From positions 55,676,001 to 55,740,000 of the forward strand of contig OX597824.1 of the NCBI GenBank assembly GCA_951406725.2: 64,000 nucleotides of DNA, given 5' to 3'. The number at the start of each line of letters is the position of its first letter. Position 1 is the stretch's first letter. The notes under the pieces are model-generated. The model was given only the letters and a program-made list of their open reading frames with translations. It was not told the DNA's origin and did no database searches. Shown here piece after piece: positions 1-12,429 of the stretch. A program made the translations under genes and the position numbers. The DNA is from Octopus vulgaris (Eukaryota).

Positions 1-357
1 AAATTATTAATGGAATTAGTAGAACTATTAATTACATTTATGCAAGGAACAAGCTTTGCCCACTTACTCTAATTGTAGCTCAATTATTTAAATTCGTTTA
101 GATATAGTGACAAAATGAATACTACTAGCCTTAGTAAACTAATTTGGGCATTAAAAGATAGTGATAAAGTATATTCAATTGACTGGGAAATAGTTAGTAA
201 GGCAAAAACCTTACAGAACAGGCAATAATAGATGTGACTCTTGTGTGGAAGAAATGTACCAAATTTTCACTTCAAAATTTACTCTTATAAGCACAAGACA
301 AGAACAGGCTCTAAGATGTTCATATTTGAGAAAATATACATTTAAACAATTTAAATA
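1..357 (+). mobile_element. Penelope-like element, decayed GIY-YIG C-terminal region
   Basis: Translates with frameshifts as NTTSLSKLIWALKDSDKVYSIDWEIVSKAK..YRTGNNRCD.CVEEMYQI, homologous to the STGLSKYIW.LK...W.I..K.K.Y..G...C.LC tails at 15900 and 20370. Confidence 0.75.
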
Positions 358-727
358 AACACAACTCACCATCTATATTAATCATGCTAGTTACAATGAT
401 GATTATGATAATAAATATTTATACTAATACTACTACTACTAATAATAATAATAACAATAATATTAAGTGAGTGTACAAACCCCAAAAAAAGTAAAATACC
501 TCTGAATAACGTACTCAGTACAGCTACATGTGAACAAAACTGCTACAATTAATTGAAATCTGAATAAACATTTTTAAAACCAGCATTTTAAAAAGTGTAA
601 TAGCAGCAGAGGTGATTATAAGACCAGCATTGCATCAAATATAAACAGTAATGCTATTACCTTCAATTGAATACCAACACAGGATGCTTGTTTGAGTCAG
701 TTCACTTTGAAAACGCTGTGAGTGATG

Positions 728-803
728 GACCCTTGAAGAAATTGCAATTATTTGAATGCATAATTGCATACAAAGCAATGTGCAGCTGAAACGTAAGTGG
801 GTC
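728..803 (+). ncRNA. Degenerate minimal hammerhead ribozyme in a PLE pseudo-LTR
   Basis: gaccc-TTGAAGA...tgcaatta/taattgca...GAAAC-GTA-agt-gggtc; gaccc/gggtc pairing; lies downstream of the PLE tail. Confidence 0.45.
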
Positions 804-908
804 AAATGTATATGCTGTAGAAAGCTTTTAAATAAAGGTTTTGGATGTGAATAAAATCTGCACTCTCCTCTTCATTAACATGTTATATACATATATATAT
901 ATATACTA

Positions 909-1096
909 TGTATAAAAGATCGTGGGTAAGGCCAAAACAATGTGAAGTAAATAAAAAGTAAATCACGAAAATGGGGTCATAACCCCAAAATATTGAATAC
1001 AGTGTAAGTCTACATTAATTCGCATATTTGTTTTCTTGTGATTTACCTTGCATTTACTTCGCATTGATTTGGCATTAACCACAATCTTTTATACAA
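909..1096. repeat. Imperfect inverted repeat (~60-bp arms) between (TA)n tracts
   Basis: tgtataaaagatcgtgggtaaggccaaaacaatg... versus ...cattgatttggcattaaccacaatcttttataca. Confidence 0.75.
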
Positions 1097-1156
1097 TATA
1101 TTTTACACAATGCTTCACACTAATTATTCCATTATAATATATATATATATATATAT

Positions 1157-2830
1157 CAGAGTTACCCAGCATTGCCCGAGTTACATACAATTGAAGAATT
1201 AGACTTTTCTGATATATTTTCTGTAATGAACTGGAATACCTATGTTTCGAATTTCATCAAAATTGCAGATAAGGGTTATTTCCCTCTTTACACACCCAAA
1301 CAAAATTGTAATCGTGCCACATGTATCCCATACTACTGATTTTTATGCGCATATTCCAAAATTCCAGTCTTATAGAACCTGTTAAAAGGATTTTGCTCCT
1401 GAAAAATGGAGGTCATGGAGCTCTAAAATGTGAGAGTTAACTCCCCTATTGGAGGTAGGCATCTTAATGTCAACCAGAGAAGTAGAATTGTTGAAAATCT
1501 TTTTAACTTGGGTCTTATATCTATTGTTTGAATTTCTTTGAAATAGGAAATATATGTTCACTGGGTTTGTAAAAGAGAGCAAAGCTACAGGAAACCAAAA
1601 GACGAATGATCACAATAAGCAGTCAGTTACCCTATCCTAGTCGTTATCACTCCCAATGTAGGATCCCTCACCATCCAGGTGACAGGCACAGCGGTAAGAT
1701 GCATTACGAATCTATAGCAATTGGAAGGGCATGACCCAACTGAAATAAACATTAACAACTGTGTAACATGAGGGCTAATGAGAAATGAAAGTGTCACCTC
1801 TGGAGTTTGCAAATGACCACTATACTGATACATAACTGGACAGAATAAATATAAACAATCTATTAATGTCTTTGAATAACCAGTCACTCATCTGGGAAGG
1901 CCTTGAAATCAATGTTACCATTTGCGGATTGTGTGTGACCCAGTGATAATAAAAAGACTGAAAGGAGATCAGCAATCAAATAACTTTATTCAACACTTTG
2001 CAACTGAATCAGTGGAAGCAAAGATGCCTCCCATTTACTTGACAATTTATGCACCACATTGCAGAAATCACAGTCTAAGTGTATGTCAAAGCAAACTGTT
2101 ACACTGTTGTATCATTGAATTACAAATAATGCTCATCTTCTATGCTCGGGTAACTCAACAGCTTCCAAGAGTACAACTATTCATTTGTGCTTAGATAAAA
2201 TGACAAAATTGTAGGTGTTAAGTCCCCATGAAGGGGTCTTTCTAACTTGTAAGAAGATGAAATTTTATAAATATTACTTCATTTGTATCTAATATCTATG
2301 GTTAAAATTTCATCAACAGCAAAAATATATGAATTGTCATGGGGGTTGTGGCCCTTATGCATAGAATATAATTTCCAAATTATATCGTAAAGATCCATTC
2401 AGTACTTTTGACTTAGTTTTGGATCATAAAAGAAATTACTAAAATTTGGGAGTTAAGGCCCCCATTAGGGTTCACCCATGTGAAGTGGAAACTTTGAGAA
2501 TACTTCTTGTTATGTGTCAATTACCCATGGTTGAAATTTCATCAACATCGAAAACTTATGAATTTTCATGGCGGGGTTCTGCCCCCTTTAAGCCATCTGA
2601 AATTCAAACGAAACATATTGCATTATACCCACCCTTATGCATTGAATCTAAGTTTGAAATATCATAAGGAGCCATTCAGTAATTTTGGTCCATGAAATTG
2701 TATGAAGCACACAGCGTAACCCTTCTCCCTCGGCTTTGATTTTGTGTTCTAAATTTCATTATGATCGGTGCAGCAGTTTTCGAATGTATAAGTAATACAC
2801 GAACACATAAAGTCATTGTCTTTGATATAA
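1157..2830 (-). mobile_element. Decayed non-autonomous Helitron-like element with internal ~230-bp tandem subunits
   Basis: Degenerate hairpin acccagcattgcccgagt at 1165; recurrent aaatttcatcaa motif (about 1250, 2306, 2535, 2751); right end resembles 46230-46330. Confidence 0.45.
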
Positions 2831-2860
2831 TAAATATGAATGTACACATATACATACATG

Positions 2861-2905
<45 letters not shown>

Positions 2906-2929
2906 ATTATATATATGTATATACACACA

Positions 2930-3193
2930 CACAAAAATAAATTGATAGATACAACTGAGTGGGCAAACAAAAATATGAGACACAGCGTAGTGCTTTTTTA
3001 TGTTGATAAGCCTGGGGACTTATTCTATTAGTTTCTTCTTGTGAAACCAGTAAATTATGGGGATGTAAATAAACGAACAGCAGTTGCGAAGCAGTGATGA
3101 GGGTGAAACACAGAAACAAAGTCACACACATACACTTAAATATATACATACATATATATTCGATTGATTTCTTTAAGTTTCTGTCTACGAAAT

Positions 3194-3196
<3 letters not shown>
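2930..3196 (-). mobile_element. Truncated tRNA-derived SINE (Octopus-type)
   Basis: acttattctatt...ggggatgtaaataaac...tttctgtctacgaaatcca matches the SINE copies at 7450, 57194 and 62015. Confidence 0.7.
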
Positions 3197-3231
<35 letters not shown>

Positions 3232-3243
<12 letters not shown>

Positions 3244-5793
3244 TCTGAAATGCAAAAAGTTTGTTTGTCTGGTTTGGGCATTGAGAATGGGTTAAAGGCC
3301 ACTAGATCCCGTCGGATTGACTCCAAAATTTACATGTAAAATGAGGTGAGGATGCGAGTGGGCTAGGTTAGAAATCCCCATCTTAAAAGGTGTCGTTGCT
3401 AGGGTCAAAAACGCACACTTTGACAAATCTACTCTCATTCTTTTATGTGTCTGTCTTTCTCCATCTCTCACTCTCTTTCCTCCCTTCCTTTCACCTTCTC
3501 TCAATAACGTCGTTTCACAGCCTCTATAATCTTTCCCCCACCACCATCGCATTCTATTATCTGCCTGTCTTCCTCCATCTCTCTCTCTCTCTCTCTCTTT
3601 CCTCCTTTCCTTTCACTTTCTCTCTATAACGTCGTTTGATAGCGTCTACTATCTTTCCTCTGCCGCCTTCGCCAGCGCTGTCACTCTCTCTCTCTCTCTC
3701 TACATCAGTCTGCATTCATAGAGAGAATTATCATCGCCACCACCACCACCACCACCACACAATCATGAGAATCTTTCTCTTAAAACAAATCATCTTTAGG
3801 TTTCAAAATATTTCATTTTTCAGTCCTCTCTTTCATATATCACCTTTTCTTCCTCGATCTCTCTATTTCCCCCCCTTCCCTTCAATTTCTCTCTCTATAA
3901 CGACGTTTGACACCTCCGCCGTCTCTCTTTCTTCTCCAACGCATCGCTCAATGTATTTCTGCTTGTATCTATAAAGACGAAATGTGACAGCCACAAAAGT
4001 TTAAATATTCCCACCACAGGTCTTTCAGAAAGGTGAATTATTATCTCCCACCACCACCGCACAATTATAACAGATATTATTTATCAGAAGATATGTTATT
4101 ATTTTGCGTCACAATACAAGAATAATGGGTGAAGCTACGTTTCTCATGGCAAGAGATTTTCGACAAACTCTTCCTGTTGTCCGAAGAGGCACTCAAGCCG
4201 ATGAGGTTAATGTATGTATAAAGTATTCTTATGTGTGGCACAGTGTAATCAGTCGTCATCTTGAAAAAAACACGAGAGTCCACCTACAAGGTGATGTGGA
4301 GTCTAAGGCTTTCGCAAAACAGCTATTAGATCTTGGTGATGGAGTTTTGCCTTTGGTTGATGATAAGCATATTCGGTTGCCTTTGGAGAATTTCGTTCCA
4401 AATGTAGAAGACCTCATAAGAGCCGTTTTACCAGACGGCGAAACCAACTTCCAGGATCTCGATTGGCTAAGGACGAGAGCTATTCTATCGCCTCATAATA
4501 CAACAGCTGATGCTACTAATAAACAACTGCTTGATATGATTCCTGGTGAGGAAGTTTCTTTCATGTCCATCGATACAAATAAAGATGAGAATGATGCAGT
4601 CAAATATCCACCCGAGCTACTCAACAAGCTAACACCTCCGAGGCTTCCACCTAATCATTTGTGTTTGAAAGTTGGTGCTCCAATCATGGTGCTCAGAAAC
4701 ATGGAAACGCCTGAAATATGCAATGGAACCCGAATGGTTATAAGGAGGATTCATAGCCATGTTATAACTGCTGAAATTTTGAGTGGACCATTCGTAGGAA
4801 CAATGAAGATGATACATAAAATGAGTATTTCACCCTCTGATGTTCCCATTCAGTTTAAACGCTATCAATTTCCGATAAAACTATGCTTCGCGATGACAAT
4901 CAACAAGTCACAGGGACAATTACTGGACATTGTAGGAGTTAACCTGTCACAACTGGTTTTCAGTCATGGTCAATTGTACGTAGCCTGTTCTCGTGTTGGA
5001 AATCCGCATAACCTCTTCATTCTTGGTAATCATGAGCGCACAAGGAACGTGGTTTATCAGGAGGCTCTGACAAAACAAGATTGATTGTAAGTCATGAGAT
5101 TTTGCTTGAGTTTTTCTTCTGCACGTCTTGATTATCTCTTCATTCTTGAAAATAAAGACATTAAAAAGAACATGGTTCATAAAGAAGATTGGGTTAAGAT
5201 GTTTGCAAACATTTGATCCAACTCATTCGTCTCTTTATTCCTCATTTTCCGATTCCTTCTACGGTTTTGTCAAGTTATTGTTTCTTCGCCAACATAAGAC
5301 ATTCATAAAGTGAATGAGTGGTTAATTACATTTTATACACTGTTCCATTGTTTAGGTGGTGTCGAAAGGACTGGCATGTGTCACCATATAAACTCTCTCA
5401 GTCAAACTCCCAACTCATGAGTTCACGTCGTGATACTCTTTCTACAAAACTGAGCTGGGTGTGAATTCTAATTTCATTCACTATTACAGATGTGAGTTTA
5501 CATTCTGCCTTTTTTGGTTTAAACTATCTTCCTGCAGGTTAAAAAACTTTTTTTTTAGAGTCCTCTACAATATTCGCCTCCGAAATTCCATTTTTCAATT
5601 ATATGATTATACCCAGAGTGCTCTAATCGAATATGAATTGTCATCCCATTGGCGTACGTTTGTCTTTTTTTTTTTTTTTTAGAAAAAACTGCATTGCCTC
5701 TTTCGTTTTAAAACAATAAAACAATGCTACATAAATACATTGGTCCAACAACAAAAACATCACCCGCGTGTAGTGCGGGTCACCTTAAGCTAG
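3232..5793 (+). mobile_element. Helitron, internally deleted (no Rep domain seen)
   Basis: PIF1 helicase ORF; 3' hairpin acccgcgtgtagtgcgggt followed by CTAG at 5790-5793; 5' region repeated at 5794. Confidence 0.9.
4104..5084 (+). CDS. PIF1-family helicase C-terminal half (Helitron RepHel fragment)
   Basis: 326-aa ORF with DFRQTLPVV, LKVGAPIMVLRN, CNGTR, QFPIKLCFAMTINKSQGQ and HGQLYVACSRV; no Walker A motif, so N-truncated. Confidence 0.9.
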   Translation: MRHNTRIMGEATFLMARDFRQTLPVVRRGTQADEVNVCIKYSYVWHSVISRHLEKNTRVHLQGDVESKAFAKQLLDLGDGVLPLVDDKHIRLPLENFVPNVEDLIRAVLPDGETNFQDLDWLRTRAILSPHNTTADATNKQLLDMIPGEEVSFMSIDTNKDENDAVKYPPELLNKLTPPRLPPNHLCLKVGAPIMVLRNMETPEICNGTRMVIRRIHSHVITAEILSGPFVGTMKMIHKMSISPSDVPIQFKRYQFPIKLCFAMTINKSQGQLLDIVGVNLSQLVFSHGQLYVACSRVGNPHNLFILGNHERTRNVVYQEALTKQD

Positions 5794-6325
5794 TCTCTAT
5801 ATTATAATTCTGAAATGCAAAAAGTTTGTTTGTCTGGTTTTGGCATTGGAACGGGTTAAAGACCACTAGATCCCGTCGGATTCGCTCCGAAATTTACAAA
5901 AGCTGTGGTTACTAGGGCAAAAACCCCACACTTTAACAAGTCTTTTCTCGTTACATTCATCATCTTATCTGCCTGTCTTCCTCCAGCTCTCTCTCTTTCC
6001 TCCCTTCCCATCACAATCTCTCTATAACGACGTGTGACAGATCAGCTATCTTTTCCCCGTCGTTTTCGCCAGCGCTCTCACTCTTTCTCTCACATCTCCC
6101 CCTCTCTCTCTCTCTCTCTACGTCTGTCTGCATTCATAGAGAGAATTATTATCGCCACATCCACCACCACACGATAATGAGAACAAATATTTGTTCTCAT
6201 GATCGTGTGGTGGTGGTGGTGGCGATAATTATTGGGTTAATTTATATGTGTGTGTGTGTGTGTGTGTGTTCTATATATAAATATGTATGTATAATGTGTA
6301 TATACAAAGTGTATATATCTGTATT

Positions 6326-6371
<46 letters not shown>

Positions 6372-6433
6372 GTATACATTTATATATATAATGCGTACAC
6401 ACACACACACTATATATGTATACTGCATATATA

Positions 6434-6478
<45 letters not shown>

Positions 6479-7412
6479 TATATTAAATTAGAGATAAAAC
6501 CACTATTAGGCAAATCATACAATGAAAAACTCAAGCCAATACATAAGATTAATTATATATATATATATATATAATGTGTGCATTATGTGGTCGGTTGAGC
6601 TGAAAATATGCACACCTATGTTAAAAGTGCTGGCGAGTTTGCATAGCAACTATTTCTTTCCTCAAATGACCTCTAGGACAAAATTCCTCATCTTATAAAA
6701 TGTGGCCTGAGTAGACCCGAATGTAAAAAGGGGTCTAAATGGGGCTGGAAGGGGATTAAAATTTACAGGAGAGGGTGTTTAGGAATTCTCTGTTACAGCA
6801 AACTAAAAAATTTGTGCCAGCCTTTAAATCGTCAATGTGTTACCGTCCATGATGAAGAAGTTTTGAATGCTTGCCATGGTGAGTCTACTGTCGTGAGAAA
6901 GAATCACTTCAAAACTCAGTGCTTAGGAATTTTCTTTTACATCAAGTTCAACATTTTACACCAGCCGTTAAACTGCCACAACGTTGCTGTCCGTCGTTAA
7001 GAAATGCCAGCTATGGTGAGCCTACTATCCTCAGATTCAATCCCTTCAAACTTTGGTTTCCAATATTTTTTTTTATTTTTATTCTGCTCGCAAGTTTTAA
7101 TGTTAGTGTCTTGCTGTCTGCCTTGAAACAGACCTTTCCATTGTCACTGCCTGATATTTATGATTGATCTTTCAAAATATTTTATTTCTCAACTTACTCA
7201 AGATCTTTTGTTGTTTATAAATGGGAGAGAGATACATAGAGAAAGATAGAGAGTAAGTGATAGCGAGGAAGAGTTCAAGAGAAAGGAAGAGTAAGAGAGT
7301 GGGAAAGTGAGAGAGAAACAAAGAGGGAGAATGTGGTGATAAACAACAGAAAGGAAGCAACAGAAAGTAACAACCACACTCTTACCCGCGCATAGAGCGG
7401 GTCACTGTAAGC

Positions 7413-7415
<3 letters not shown>
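5794..7415 (+). mobile_element. Second, non-autonomous Helitron copy in tandem
   Basis: Starts with TC directly after CTAG; 5800-6190 similar to 3235-3775; 3' hairpin acccgcgcatagagcgggt...gctaa at 7384-7415. Confidence 0.85.
6481..6553 (-). mobile_element. Isolated PLE terminal fragment inside (TA)n
   Basis: Reverse complement of ~22975-23047 (tattaaattagagataaaaccactattaggcaaatc...aagccaatacat). Confidence 0.75.
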
Positions 7416-7449
<34 letters not shown>

Positions 7450-7450
<1 letters not shown>

Positions 7451-7848
7451 GTATGTATATACACACACACACAAAGATAAATTGTGTGGGCAAACAAAAA
7501 TATGAGATACTGCCTAGTGGGGTTTTTTTTCAATTTGATAAGCATGGTACTTATTCTATCAGTTTCTTCTTGTAAAACCAGAAAGTTATGGGGATGTAAA
7601 TAAACAAACACTAGTTGTGAGGCAATGATGAGGGAGAAACAAAAAGACACACACACAGACTTACATATATACATACATATATATACAATTGATTTCTTTC
7701 AGTTTCTGTCTACAAAATCCACTGACAAGGCTTTGGTTGGTCTGAGGCTATATCAGAAAACACATGCCAGGTCACCACACAGTGGGACTGAACCCAGGAC
7801 CATGTGTTTTGGAACGAAGTTTGTTACCACACAGCCACACCTGCACCT
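7450..7848 (-). mobile_element. tRNA-derived SINE
   Basis: cagtgggactgaaccc...accacacagccac...gcacc head on the minus strand. Confidence 0.8.
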
Positions 7849-8394
7849 ATGTATGTGTGTGTGTGTGTATGTGTGTATGGGTGTATATATGTATGCATGT
7901 ATATATGTGAATATGTGAATATATATGTGTACATATTACATGTACATCTCTATATATATACATCTACACATATACATATATACATATACATCTATATGTA
8001 TAGAATTAAATGTATACATATACAGCTATACACCCATACACACACACACACACGCACACACACACACACACACATGCACACACATACACAGGTGCAGGTG
8101 TGGCTGTGTGGTAACAAACTTCATTCCAAAACACATGGTCCTGGGTTTAAATTTAAATTTAAAATAATAAGGGTGAGAAACTGAATATTAATTTGATTAA
8201 TATGAATTGAAAATCAGTGGTGTAGTATATAAGAGCATAGCAGATCTTGTAGCAAAATGGATGTCCACTGTTAATGGTTCATCCCTCTTATATAATAGTT
8301 TCAGTATTAAAGTGAAAGTATCTGACATTACAATGGAGAGTTTTTGTTTCACTTCTAACACGTAATACTGAAATAGTGGAGAAGATATGATATT

Positions 8395-8570
8395 GCTGTG
8401 GGATCGCCCTAGGCAAGAAGTTAGAAATTTTTTTGCCCATGACACTACATGGACCCTAAGTAAGGCATGTGTAAAATTTGAATGAAATTGGTTGTGTAGT
8501 TCTCAAGTTTTAGGGATTCACACAGACAGACAGACAGACAGACACCCACTCTCAGTTTTATATATATAGA
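8395..8570 (-). mobile_element. Non-autonomous Helitron-like 5' fragment
   Basis: aaatttgaatgaaattgg...(cagac)n...ttttatatatataga, same architecture as 46230-46330. Confidence 0.55.
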
Positions 8571-8591
8571 TATATTGGTAAAAACGGTAAG

Positions 8592-8633
<42 letters not shown>

Positions 8634-8681
8634 GTATGTACTTGTATGTGTGTGTGTGTATTCATAAGTATAATGTATGTA

Positions 8682-9208
8682 TGTAATCCCCTCCAGACCT
8701 AAGGTGACACAATAGAGGAAGAGAAAAGTAGACAGGGCCATTACAGCAAAGAAATTCGTTATATATATATATATGTATATATATATATAAAGAAACCATA
8801 CAAAACACAACTGATCTTTACACATTGATGCACAGAATAACAGCAATCAAATAACAACAGCAAAGTGCTCAACAAACATGAATAATTTGCCCGTTGCTTG
8901 TACTCCTGACAAGAGACACCAGTTAGTCTTTTATATCTACCAGGCTTGTTTGTATTAATCCAAGTTGCTGGATAATTTTTTGTTCTCTTAAGAATATTGT
9001 AGAACAGAAACTTTTCATAGATTAGAATTTAAATTCTAATCTTGATAGAAATTTGTTGTTTCAAGAAAATATTGAATTAGAATTACTTTTAATCTGACTG
9101 CCTGCTATGTACTCTGGTACTTCATGTACTTCTCTTTACTTATAGTGACTAGGTTATTCCATCTGTCGCCTGGGAAGAGTGTACCATTATTACTAATTAC
9201 CTACAACA
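8682..9208 (-). mobile_element. Solo LTR related to the adjacent Gypsy LTR
   Basis: TG...CA ends; 9110-9208 is reverse-complement similar to 11624-11720. Confidence 0.65.
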
Positions 9209-9457
9209 TAATACGCTAAAATTATTTTTCAATGATGTTGGTTCTGAAATGATTGTAATCTTATGGATATCAACTAGTAAAATAGATATATATATACATC
9301 TCATACTCCTGAATTTTCTTTATATTCTAGGGCATGTGATGGCATCTAATGTAGCTTTCTAAACCAGACAATTCTATATACTCCTCAGAACGGAGTGGCT
9401 TTCTAAACCAGTCAATGTATTGAAAAGATACCCACATAGATTGCACATCTGATTTGG

Positions 9458-9630
9458 ACCACCAAGAGCTGCAGTTAAGTTCTGATATTAGTGGATCTTA
9501 AAATGTCTTTTAAGATCTCCATTAAATTTGCTGATCTTATGGCACCACCAAGAGCTGCAGTTAAGTTCTGATATTAGTGGATCTTAAAATGTCTTTTAAG
9601 ATCTCCATTAAATTTGCTGATCTTATGGCA
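9458..9630. repeat. Exact 86-bp tandem duplication
   Basis: accaccaagagctgcag...cttatggca at 9458 and 9544; contains a gatcttaaaa/ttttaagatc hairpin. Confidence 0.9.
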
Positions 9631-9689
9631 TACACAGCATTGAAAGGTGTGCACAGTAATTATGTACTTCCCAATAAAACTTTAATGAT

Positions 9690-11803
9690 ACAATAGATAT
9701 ATTGTGTAAAATTTTCAGTGAAAAAGCCTCATTGGAAGTGTCTGAACACAGAGAAAAACAATGATGAGGACTACATCACATATGCTGGCAGAGTAAACAG
9801 AAAATGCAAGAAGATTAAGCTGGATGAATTAACGTCAGATATGTTCAAATGCCTGATTTTTACACAGGGACTGACTGCAGAAAAAGACGGAGAAGTTAGA
9901 AATAGAATTCTCACAAAGCTGGAACAAAATCAAGTGTCAGAAGAATGTGAAAGGATAGTTAAATTAAGACACGACACAGAGAAAATTTAACGTAAAGACT
10001 GTTTCCAAGTAAAATCAGAACAGAGATAATGTGTTTTCTAAAAAACACAGCAAAAATCAGGAAATAAAGCCATGTTTTGGATCTGGAGGTATACACCTGG
10101 GGAAAAATTGTCCATTTAAGAAAGCGGAGTGCTTTCATTGTGGAAATATAAGACATATAAAGATGCACTATAGAATGCATATGATAAAACCTCAGGACAA
10201 AGGAAAAAGAATAAGAAGTATGTCATTGGAAGAAATTGGAAAAATAGAATGATGAGGAAATTCGTGAAGGGGAAAATCAGTAATACAAGTGTTAAAATGC
10301 AGTTAGACACTGGTAGTGAGATCACCATTATAAACAAAAATATACGGAAATATATCGGTAAGCTGAAATGAATTAAATTGAAAAAAGTAGCACATGGTGT
10401 TACAGGAAAAAAAAAAAATTTTTTTTGGTGAATTCATGGATAATGTAACATTTCAAGGTCAAATGAAAAAGAGCAAAGCTATATGTGTTAAAAAGTTCAC
10501 TTAATTTATTCGGCACAGAGTGGATGAAACTATTCAAAGTATGGAATATGCCCATAAGTGTTTTGTGTGGAAATATAATCTGTTCAGATGAATGTTCAAA
10601 TGCAGCTGAGGGAATGAAACAAAAATTGCAGTAAAATAGAGTGGAATGCCTGTATGTAATACAAAACAGAATGAAAAATTGCCCATGATAAAAAGTAAAT
10701 ATTGTTCAAAAATAGATGTTCCATGGTCGAGACTACACATCGAGTTCACTAGTCCTTTAAATGATTCTTATTACTTAGTGGTAGTTGATAGTTTTTTCAA
10801 AATGGTCTGAAATGTGCAAGTGTGAAAAACCAACCTCTTCAACTGTGATAAATTTTTTACACAAATTATTTTTCCTAATCAATGGAATGCAATTTGTGTC
10901 TGGCGAATTTTTAAAATTTTGTGAAATATTCATGGTAGAACATATAACTACGGCATCATACCATCCCTGATCTAATGGACAGACAGAACTCTTCGTCAAT
11001 ACTTTCAAAAGAGCCCTTAAAAATCGAATAAGAAAGTCACAGGTGAGATTGCTCTGCAACAATTTTTAAGAGTGTACCATGTGACACCAAATCTGAATAC
11101 ACCAATAGGTAGATCACCAGCGAAGCTGGTGTTTGCAAGAAAAGTAAAATCAGTCTTTGATGAATTGCTACCTGGCAAGAAAAGAAAGTGTCAGGGAAGA
11201 CATAGCTTTAAAGTTGGTGAAAAGGTGTATTTGAGGGCATACAAGAATGGAATGCAGAGTTGGGAAGATGGCATAATTATCAAATGCATAGGTAAAATGA
11301 TTTATTGGGCAAAAAGTAGAAAAGGCATACAAAAGAGACACAGGATCCAACTGAAAATGAGATTCATCGAAAGCGAACCAAAGAAGTTGGAGGAACTGAT
11401 GGAATGGTTGTACGATACGTTCCAAGTACCAACGCCACTGCAGGTGATTGAACCCAAGAGTACAAGTGAGACGAGAAGAAAACATACAGAGTTCCTGAAA
11501 ATAGATGCCAAGCACAAAAATTATTAAATTGTATGAAAAAAAAATCAAACAAGGGAGGTGGGGTGAATAAGAAATCATTGCTAAATAAAATGACACTTCC
11601 TACGAAAAACTTAAAAGGGAAGATGTTTTAGAGAATTAGTAATAATGGTACACCCCATCCCACGTGATGAATGGATTAACCTAGTCATTATAAGTAAAGA
11701 GAAGTACATGAATTACCAGAGTCAGAGATAGTCGTGGCTTTACTAGTTTTACTAAGTAAACTTTATACCGAAGTGAGTGTTATAAAAATCCAAGGATATA
11801 ACA
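9690..11803 (+). mobile_element. Decayed Gypsy/Ty3 LTR retrotransposon (gag-protease-integrase; RT/RNase H deleted) with PPT and 3' LTR
   Basis: Degenerate zinc knuckles (CFHCGNIRH); protease QLDTGSEITII; integrase WSRLHIEF, VVVDSF, HITTASYHP*SNGQ; polypurine tract aaaagggaaga, then TG..CA LTR at 11624-11803. Confidence 0.85.
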
Positions 11804-12429
11804 TATTATAAATTATTTTACATGTCTCTACTAGTGTATATGTTATAAATTACATAGTACTATTGTACATTTTACAAGCTAATACAGGTATAGAAAGCTA
11901 GCTTTTCAGATCAATAGAATATCATGGTTACATCTATTCTTCAACTCTAATACACACAAATGCATGTGTATGTGCATAAAGTGTGTGTGTGACATTGTTA
12001 TGTGCATGTGCTTTATGTGTGTTTATGCATAAATATTGTGTGTTTATGCATGTGTATGTTTGTGAGTGAGTGTGCATCCTTGTTATCAGTTGGTGTTTCT
12101 ATATGGGGCTGTTGGATAAAGCGCGTGTATGGAGTTGACATATGTGTATATTCTGTATTTGTACGTACATATACATTTTTAAGAGCACTTCTACATGTCT
12201 GTGAGGCTATCTGACATATGTGTGTGTTGTTGGAGGATGTATATTGGTTGACCTGGATGGAGGTGTGAGGTGGAATAGAGATAACAAAAGGTAAGGGTTG
12301 AGAGGTGAGGGCACATGACTATATATGTGCTTATATACATGACTGTATATGGAGGAAGGAAGTGAGTGTGTGTGTGAAGGTGAGTTTAGATAAAGAGAGG
12401 TGATGAACTGAAACCACGAGGGGCTAAAG

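Noticed and set aside
4104-5084. Host PIF1 gene
   Set aside because: Intronless, N-truncated and enclosed by Helitron termini
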